Below are positions 34,001 through 39,592 of a DNA stretch of 39,592 nt, in pieces (position 1 is the stretch's first letter; each line of letters begins with the position of its first letter). Under the pieces are notes generated by a model. That model was not told the DNA's origin. It did no database searches and saw only the letters and a program-made list of their open reading frames with translations. The stretch is taken from the NCBI GenBank assembly GCA_031441625.1, contig JANNQE010000485.1, positions 1 through 39,592 of the forward strand. The letters run 5' to 3'. The position numbers were made by a program, and so were the translations under genes. Source of the stretch: Planctomycetia bacterium. GTDB lineage: Bacteria; Planctomycetota; Planctomycetia; Gemmatales; Gemmataceae.

Positions 34001-35269
34001 ATGCCCCACCCGCGTTGCACGCCCGCGGATCACCGCCTCAGCCGCCGCCACTTCCTCGGCACCGCCGCGGCCGGTGTCGGCGCGTTCGCGCTGCCGTCGG
34101 TGGCAGAAGAGTTGAAGAAGCAGCGGAAGCAGGTGCTGATGATCTGGCTCGACGGCGGCATGAGTCAGCTCGAAAGCTGGGACCCGAAGCCGAACACGCC
34201 GTTCGGCGGGCCGTTCCGGGCCATCCCCACGAGCGTGCCCGGCACGCACATTTCCGAACTGTTCCCGCAAACGTCGAAGCAGATGCACCGGCTGGCAATT
34301 TGCCGCAGTGTGTCCACGCAAGACAACTCGCACTCGGCCGGCGTCGATCGCATTCAGCGGGGCGACCCGAAGAACCGCGGGGTGACGTATCCGTACCTCG
34401 GGTCGGCGGTGGCGAAGCTGATTGGCCCCGGCGAGAGCGGGCTGCCGCCGTACCTGTGGATCAAGCCGGGCAACGGCGGGTTCATCGACAAGCACGCCGG
34501 CTTCCTCGGTCCGAAGTACGGGGCACTGGCGCTCGGCGACGGCAAGCCGCCCGAGAACCTGTTGCGGCCGAAGGACTTGACCGAAGCCGACGACGCGGAG
34601 CGGAACGAACTGCGGAGGCTGGCCGACGCCCGCTACTCCGCCGGCCGCGGGTCGGGCAGCGCCGAAGCGAGCAGCCACGCCTTCGACCTGGCCGAGCAAT
34701 TGCAAAAGAAGATGCACTTGTTCGACCCGGCCAAGCTGCCCACGAAGGACGCCACCCGCTACGGCACGCACGACCTCGGCCGCCACCTGCTGCTCGCCCG
34801 CCGCCTGCTCGAAGAGGGCGTGACCTTCGTGAAGGTGACGAGCTACGGGTGGGACACGCACGGCGACCACTTCAACGGGGCCGCCAGCCTGCACCCGAAG
34901 CTCGACACCCCGCTCGCCGCCATCCTCGACGACCTCGCCGACCGGAGCATGTTGAACGACGTGCTCGTCATCGTGGCCGCCGAGTTCGGCCGCACCCCGC
35001 GGATCAACGGGCATCTGGGCCGCGACCACTGGCCGGAGGCGTGGAGCGTGGCCATGGCCGGCCGCGGCATCAGGGGCGGGGCGGTGGTCGGCAAGACGAA
35101 CGACAAGGGCACGGACGTGGCCACCGACCCGCACGACATCGGCAGCCTGTTCCACACCTGGTTCACCGCGTTGGGGCTGAACTCGAAGAAGGCGAAGCAC
35201 TGGAACGCCGACCAGCCGCTCCCCGCCGCCCACGAAGACATGAAGCCGATCAAGGATTTGTTGGCGTGA
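34001..35269 (+). CDS. DUF1501 domain protein with twin-arginine signal
   Basis: ATG 34001 is preceded by GGAG (33991-33994); the track uses TTG 33995. SRRHFLGTAAAGVGAFA is a Tat signal. Family motifs are MIWLDGGMSQLESWDPKPN and AEFGRTPRINGHLGRDHWP. Confidence 0.9.
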   Translation: MPHPRCTPADHRLSRRHFLGTAAAGVGAFALPSVAEELKKQRKQVLMIWLDGGMSQLESWDPKPNTPFGGPFRAIPTSVPGTHISELFPQTSKQMHRLAICRSVSTQDNSHSAGVDRIQRGDPKNRGVTYPYLGSAVAKLIGPGESGLPPYLWIKPGNGGFIDKHAGFLGPKYGALALGDGKPPENLLRPKDLTEADDAERNELRRLADARYSAGRGSGSAEASSHAFDLAEQLQKKMHLFDPAKLPTKDATRYGTHDLGRHLLLARRLLEEGVTFVKVTSYGWDTHGDHFNGAASLHPKLDTPLAAILDDLADRSMLNDVLVIVAAEFGRTPRINGHLGRDHWPEAWSVAMAGRGIRGGAVVGKTNDKGTDVATDPHDIGSLFHTWFTALGLNSKKAKHWNADQPLPAAHEDMKPIKDLLA

Positions 35270-35273
35270 GTGT

Positions 35274-35326
35274 GTAGGTCCGGCTGTGCCGGACATCCTG
35301 CTGGTGTCCGGCACAGCCGGACCTAC
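35274..35326. repeat. Perfect 22-bp inverted repeat with a 9-nt loop between the DUF1501 and WD40 genes
   Basis: GTAGGTCCGGCTGTGCCGGACA (35274-35295), loop TCCTGCTGG, then TGTCCGGCACAGCCGGACCTAC (35305-35326). It starts 5 nt after the TGA stop and ends 10 nt before ATG 35337. There is no T-tract. Confidence 0.9.
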
Positions 35327-35336
35327 GAGGCGTACC

Positions 35337-36359
35337 ATGCCCCCCGTTGAAATCAAGAAGCCGCTCGCCCCGGACACGCAGCTCTCGCGCGTGCGGTTCA
35401 GCCCGTGCGGGAAGGTGCTGGCCGCCGCCGCCCACGACGGCACCGTCCGCCGGTTCGACGCGACGAAGCCGGACATGCCGGAGTTGCCCAAGCTCACCGG
35501 GCACGACGGCTGGGTGACGGCTCTCGGCTTCCACCCGGCCGGCCGGCTGTTCACCGGCGACTCGTGGGGGAAACTCATCGCGTGGGACGGCACCGTTGAC
35601 ACGCCGAAGAAGGCGTGGGAAGTGTCGCCCGCACACGACGGCTGGCTCCGGAAGCTCGCCGTGTCGCCGGACGGCAAGTCGCTCGCCACCGTCGGCCGCG
35701 ACGGGCTGCTGAAGCTGTGGAACCCCGAAACCGGCAAGCCGACCGCCACCATCAAGGGCGAAGACGATCTGCTCGCGGTGGCGTTTCACCCGACCGGGGC
35801 CGTCGTCACCGGCGACCTGCACGGGCGGGTGAAGGGGTGGGACACCGCCGGCAAACTCGTTCGCACCATCGAGGTGAAGGAGTTCTACCTGCTCGACCGC
35901 ATTCAAGAGGTGGGCGGGGTGCGGTGCTTCGCGTTCGATGAGAAAGGGGAAACACTCCTCGTCGGCGGAGCGCAACCGAAGACCGGCGGGTTCGTGCAGG
36001 CCATCCCGCACCTGTTCGCCTACGAGTGGAAGACCGGCACGCGGCTGCACACCTGGAAAGGCGCGGGCGACAACGAGGGGTACGTCCACGACGTGGCGTG
36101 GCACTCCGCCGGGCACGCGGTGGCCGTGACGAGCGGGCAACCGGGTCAGGGCAAGGTGTTCTTCTGGAAGCCGGGCGACGCGAAGCCGTCGTTCGAGGCG
36201 AGCAAGCCGAACTGCCACAGTGTGGCGCTTTCGCCCGACGGCACACGAATGGCCGTGAGCGCCACGAACGCGAACAGCAGCGGCAACGGGCGGGTGAAGG
36301 GGAAGGACGGCGACTACCCGGCGAACACGTCGCCGATTCACCTGTGGACACTGGGGTAA
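35337..36359 (+). CDS. WD40-repeat beta-propeller protein
   Basis: Start re-called at ATG 35337 (MPPVEIKK); the track start at 35286 lies inside the hairpin. Repeated units are GHDGWVTALGFHP...WD, LAVSPDGKSLATVGRDGLLKLWN and similar. Confidence 0.8.
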   Translation: MPPVEIKKPLAPDTQLSRVRFSPCGKVLAAAAHDGTVRRFDATKPDMPELPKLTGHDGWVTALGFHPAGRLFTGDSWGKLIAWDGTVDTPKKAWEVSPAHDGWLRKLAVSPDGKSLATVGRDGLLKLWNPETGKPTATIKGEDDLLAVAFHPTGAVVTGDLHGRVKGWDTAGKLVRTIEVKEFYLLDRIQEVGGVRCFAFDEKGETLLVGGAQPKTGGFVQAIPHLFAYEWKTGTRLHTWKGAGDNEGYVHDVAWHSAGHAVAVTSGQPGQGKVFFWKPGDAKPSFEASKPNCHSVALSPDGTRMAVSATNANSSGNGRVKGKDGDYPANTSPIHLWTLG

Positions 36360-36362
36360 CCC

Positions 36363-37364
36363 GTGCGTGCCGTCATTTCACTCCTGCTCCTCGTCGGCCT
36401 CACGTCCGCCGCCGATCTGCCGCCACTGCCCGACAAGGAAGGCTTCGCCGGGTCGTTCGCGGGCGTCAGCCACGGGGCGTTGGTCGTGGGCGGCGGGGCC
36501 AACTTCCCCGACAAGAAGACGTGGGACGGCGGGAAGAAGGTCTGGACCGACCGCGTGTTCGTGCTGGACAAGCCGGACGGCAAGTGGGCCGACGCCGGCA
36601 AGCTACCGAAGTTACTCGGCTACGGGGTGAGCGTGTCGCACGGCAACGCGGTGGTGTGCGTCGGCGGGGGCAACGCGGACGGACACTTCGCCGACGCCTT
36701 CACGCTGGAATGGCAGGCCGGCAAGCTGCACGTCTCCGACCTTCCCCCACTGCCGAAAGCGCTGGCGAACACCTGCGGGGCGCTCGTCGGTGACATGCTG
36801 TACGTCGCGGGCGGGATCGAGAAGTCCGATGCGTCGGCCACGTCGAAGGCGGTGTACCGGCTCGACCTGTCCGCCAAGACGCCGAAGTGGGAAACGGTCG
36901 AAGGCTTCCCCGGCGGCGGGCGAATGCTCGCTGCGACGGCCGGGTTCGACGGTGCGTTCTGGCTGGTCGGCGGGGTGGACCTCATCACGCAGGACGGCAA
37001 GCCGGATCGCAAGTACCTGACCGACGCCTACCGCTACGACACCACCAACGGCTGGAAGCGGGTCGCCGACCTGCCGCACGCGGTCGCCGCGGCACCGTCC
37101 CCGATGCCCACCGACGCCGGCGGGTTCTTCGTCGTCGGGGGCGACGACGGTATGCAGTGGTCCACCGCCCACGACAAGCACGCCGGGTTCAACTCGGGAA
37201 TCCTGAAGTACACCGCGAAGGCCGACAAGTGGGAGACGGCGGGCGAGTGGAAGACGCCCCGCGTGACCGCTGTGTGCGTGCGGTGGGCCGACGCGTGGGT
37301 GATCCCCAGCGGCGAGGTGAAGCCGGGCGTGCGGTCGCCGGCGGTGTCGGCCTTACTCAAGTAG
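36363..37364 (+). CDS. Kelch-repeat mutarotase-family protein, cyclically permuted relative to NanM/YjhT; secreted
   Basis: GTG 36363 with signal peptide MRAVISLLLLVGLTSA. GFAGSFAGVSHGALVVGGGANFP, VYRLDLSAKTPKWETVEGFPGGGR and PSGEVKPGVRSPAV resemble NanM blades, but in rotated order. Confidence 0.75.
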   Translation: MRAVISLLLLVGLTSAADLPPLPDKEGFAGSFAGVSHGALVVGGGANFPDKKTWDGGKKVWTDRVFVLDKPDGKWADAGKLPKLLGYGVSVSHGNAVVCVGGGNADGHFADAFTLEWQAGKLHVSDLPPLPKALANTCGALVGDMLYVAGGIEKSDASATSKAVYRLDLSAKTPKWETVEGFPGGGRMLAATAGFDGAFWLVGGVDLITQDGKPDRKYLTDAYRYDTTNGWKRVADLPHAVAAAPSPMPTDAGGFFVVGGDDGMQWSTAHDKHAGFNSGILKYTAKADKWETAGEWKTPRVTAVCVRWADAWVIPSGEVKPGVRSPAVSALLK

Positions 37365-37370
37365 TGGTCC

Positions 37371-37414
37371 GCTCGCTCCGCGAGCCGTCGTCGGAACCCG
37401 CTCGCGGAGCGAGC
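37371..37414. repeat. 15-bp perfect inverted repeat (GCTCGCTCCGCGAGC / GCTCGCGGAGCGAGC) with a 14-nt loop, flanked by GTAGTG...CACTAC
   Basis: Read directly. It begins 7 nt after the TAG stop at 37362-37364. The outer GTAGTG (37361-37366) pairs with CACTAC (37420-37425). It is related to the element at 30-70. Confidence 0.85.
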
Positions 37415-37460
37415 AGAGCACTACAACAGCCGCTCTCCCCTCCCGCGGAGCCGCCGGCCG

Positions 37461-38693
37461 ATGTCGCCCCCGCCCGCGCGCTCCGCCTGGCTCGTCGTCG
37501 CCCTGCTCGTGCCGGTCGCGCTGCTGAACTACCTCGACCGGCAGATGATGGCGACGATGAAAGACTCGGTGATGGCCGACATCCCGACCATCGAACACGA
37601 CGTGAACTGGGGGTTCATGCTCGGCCAGTTCAAGTGGGTGTACGCCTTCCTCAGCCCGGTCGGCGGGCTGATCGCCGACCGCCTGAGCCGGCGGTTCACC
37701 ATCACCGCCAGCCTGTTCGTGTGGTCGGCCGTCACGCTCTGGACCAGCCAAGTGACCACCTTCCACGAACTGCTGTGGGCGCGGTCGCTCATGGGCGTCA
37801 GCGAGGCGTTCTACATTCCGGCGGCGCTCGCCCTCATCACGGACTACCACACCGGCGGCACCCGCTCGCGGGCCGTCGGCCTGCACCAGATGGGCATCTA
37901 CCTGGGCGTCATGGCCGGCGCGTTCGGCGGGTTCGTGGCCGACGCCCCGCCGCCGTTCGGCTGGCGGTTCGCGTTCACCGCCTGCGGGCTGGCCGGCATG
38001 GTGTACGCCGTGCCGGTGCTGTTCCTGCTGAAAGACCTGCCGCGAACGGCCACGCTCACCCGCGGCGTCGTCACCCTGTTCCGCGACCTGCTCGACCTGT
38101 TCACCAACGTGTCGTTCATCCTGCTGGTGCTGTACTTCACGCTGCCCGCCATCGCCGGGTGGGTGGTGCGGGACTGGATGCCGGCCGTGTTGAAAAAAGA
38201 GTTCGCGCTCACGCAGGGGTGGGCGGGCGTCGCGGCGACGGTGTCGTGGCAACTGCCGGCCGTGTTCGGCGTGATGGCCGGCGGGTGGCTGGCCGACGGG
38301 TGGGTGCGGCGGACACCCCGCGGGCGGGTGTACGTCAGCGCCATCGGCACGGGGCTGATGGTGCCGGCCATCGCCGGCGTGGGCATCGCCCCGAACGTGT
38401 GGGTGGCGGTGGCGTTCCTCGCGCTGTTCGGCATCGGCTGGGGGTTCTTCGACGGGAACAACATGCCCATCCTCTCGCAGTTGGTCAAACCGAACCTGCG
38501 GGCGACCGGGTACGGGCTGATGAACCTGGTGAGCATCAGCGTCGGCGGGCTGGCCGACGTGGGGTTCGGCGCGCTCTCGCAGAACCAGGTGCCGATCTGG
38601 GTCACGTTCACGTCGCTCGCCGGCGTCGCGGTCGTGTCGGTGGGGCTGGTGCTGCTCATCCGACCGAAGGGGCCGACGACGACGACCGGTTGA
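37461..38693 (+). CDS. MFS transporter (anion:cation symporter-like)
   Basis: 410 aa with about 12 TM segments. LNYLDRQMMATMKDSV and GGLIADRLSRRF are typical MFS (ACS-type) motifs. Confidence 0.85.
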   Translation: MSPPPARSAWLVVALLVPVALLNYLDRQMMATMKDSVMADIPTIEHDVNWGFMLGQFKWVYAFLSPVGGLIADRLSRRFTITASLFVWSAVTLWTSQVTTFHELLWARSLMGVSEAFYIPAALALITDYHTGGTRSRAVGLHQMGIYLGVMAGAFGGFVADAPPPFGWRFAFTACGLAGMVYAVPVLFLLKDLPRTATLTRGVVTLFRDLLDLFTNVSFILLVLYFTLPAIAGWVVRDWMPAVLKKEFALTQGWAGVAATVSWQLPAVFGVMAGGWLADGWVRRTPRGRVYVSAIGTGLMVPAIAGVGIAPNVWVAVAFLALFGIGWGFFDGNNMPILSQLVKPNLRATGYGLMNLVSISVGGLADVGFGALSQNQVPIWVTFTSLAGVAVVSVGLVLLIRPKGPTTTTG

Positions 38694-38977
38694 TTCCCGC
38701 GGGCGGCGAGGGCGAGGCGGCGGAGGGTGTTCATGGTGAGTGTCCGTTCTTGGGGAGGCGGGTCTGGGTTGGCCCGTCTGATGTCGAGACACGCGGAGGT
38801 GGGCGACTTGCGCAGACTCCCGTCGTCACCGCGAGCTTGCGAGCGTCGGAGGCGCGCGAACACGCGGCGACGACACGGCACGCGACTCCCACCCCGCCGC
38901 GCATCCGCCGCGGATCGTGGTTCCCGTGCGGCGGGCGGTCGGGTATGCTGGACCCAAGCCCACTGCGAGGATCGCCG

Positions 38978-39565
38978 ATGAGGACCGCCGCCCCGTCGTT
39001 CGTTCTGCTGGTTTGCACCGCCGTCGCCGTCGCCGCCCCGGTGCCGAAGAAGCTCAAAGCGCCCGACTACTACCCCGCCACCGTCGGCACCAAGTGGGTG
39101 TACGGGCACGACGACGGCACCAACGAGCACACCCGCGAGGTGACGGCCAGCGCGACCAAAGACGGCGTGACCGAGTTCACCGTCACCTGGAAGGAGGGCG
39201 ACACCTCGCAACTATGGGAGTTCAAGAAGGACTCCACCGGGGTGTTCCGCACCAAGCAAGACAGCTTCGCGTTCGACCCGCCGCACAAGCTGTTCGAGGC
39301 GAAGATGTCGGCCGGCGACGAGTGGACGAGCGAGTACACCTTCGGCGGCGCGCGGAACACGTACAAGTACACCCGCACGGTGGGCAAACCGGAGGCGGTG
39401 AAAACACCCGCCGGCGAGTACACGGCCCAGCCCATCGTCAGCCGCAACCTCCGCTCCGACGGCGACGAGACGACCCTGTGGTACGCCGACGGCATCGGGC
39501 TGGTGAAGTTGCAACACAAGGGGGGCACGCCGGTCGTGCTCCGCGAGTTCACCGCCGGCAAGTGA
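38978..39565 (+). CDS. Secreted hypothetical protein, 195 aa
   Basis: This is the terminal part of track ORF 36887-39565. ATG 38978 is preceded by GAGGA. The signal peptide is MRTAAPSFVLLVCTAVAVAAPVP. The rest has ordinary Lys/Thr/Glu-rich beta-type composition. Confidence 0.65.
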   Translation: MRTAAPSFVLLVCTAVAVAAPVPKKLKAPDYYPATVGTKWVYGHDDGTNEHTREVTASATKDGVTEFTVTWKEGDTSQLWEFKKDSTGVFRTKQDSFAFDPPHKLFEAKMSAGDEWTSEYTFGGARNTYKYTRTVGKPEAVKTPAGEYTAQPIVSRNLRSDGDETTLWYADGIGLVKLQHKGGTPVVLREFTAGK

Positions 39566-39592
39566 TCGGGTAGGTGCCGCCTGCCGGGCGGC

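Noticed and set aside
35286-35336. Upstream start (MPDILLVSGTAGPTRRT...) for the WD40 gene, as given in the ORF track.
   Set aside because: These codons are simply the translation of the 22-bp palindrome. ATG 35337 follows the hairpin and begins ordinary sequence.
38694-38733. Minus-strand ATG at 38733 encoding MNTLRRLALAARG..., which looks like a signal peptide.
   Set aside because: The frame immediately runs antisense through the 3' end of the MFS gene with degenerate composition. It is part of the spurious 437-aa ORF 37898-39211.

Overview
This is a high-GC bacterial chromosome segment (roughly two-thirds G+C by eye). It is almost certainly Planctomycetota, probably Gemmata-like: it carries two DUF1501 genes with twin-arginine signals, a DUF1549/DUF1553 gene, WD40 and Kelch beta-propeller proteins, and planctomycete-style palindromic intergenic repeats. 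I support 36 CDS. I found no rRNA, tRNA, CRISPR array, transposase or integrase. Every family call rests on motifs I recognise in the translations, with no database search, and many start codons are my own re-calls of the ORF track. The high GC creates long spurious ORFs and false N-terminal extensions.

Layout:
- 81-7970 (mostly minus strand): housekeeping and accessory genes. These are DUF1501, a small hypothetical, a DUF488 fusion, a giant FtsX-type permease with no adjacent ATPase, a DUF433/DUF5615 toxin-antitoxin pair, and N-carbamoylputrescine amidase.
- 8044-9874 (plus strand): a visibly more AT-rich operon of four small uncharacterised proteins. It includes a 93-nt in-frame tandem repeat and a zinc-ribbon protein.
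- 10048-30844 (minus strand): the dominant feature, an approximately 20.8 kb uninterrupted array of 18 genes, most joined by ATGA or GTGA start/stop overlaps. It encodes 9 GT-B glycosyltransferases, Wzm/Wzt ABC export, an O-antigen-ligase-like membrane protein, FkbM and class I SAM methyltransferases, a minimal SET-domain methyltransferase, two TPR proteins and an exosortase-EpsI fusion. An acyltransferase-3 gene lies divergent to it.
- 32221-39565 (plus strand): DUF1549/1553, DUF1501, WD40, a cyclically permuted NanM-like Kelch mutarotase, an MFS transporter and a secreted hypothetical. The intergenic gaps in this cluster hold distinct palindromic repeat elements.

Most interesting observations:
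- The SET-domain gene is translationally coupled inside the glycan operon.
- The cluster combines Wzm/Wzt export, a ligase-like protein and an exosortase/EpsI with TPR partners.
- A perfect 27-bp inverted repeat (63 nt in total) sits in-frame inside a glycosyltransferase gene.
- A G8 tract lies at the Wzt/methyltransferase junction; loss of one G would fuse the two ORFs.
- The small-protein operon has no recognisable family.
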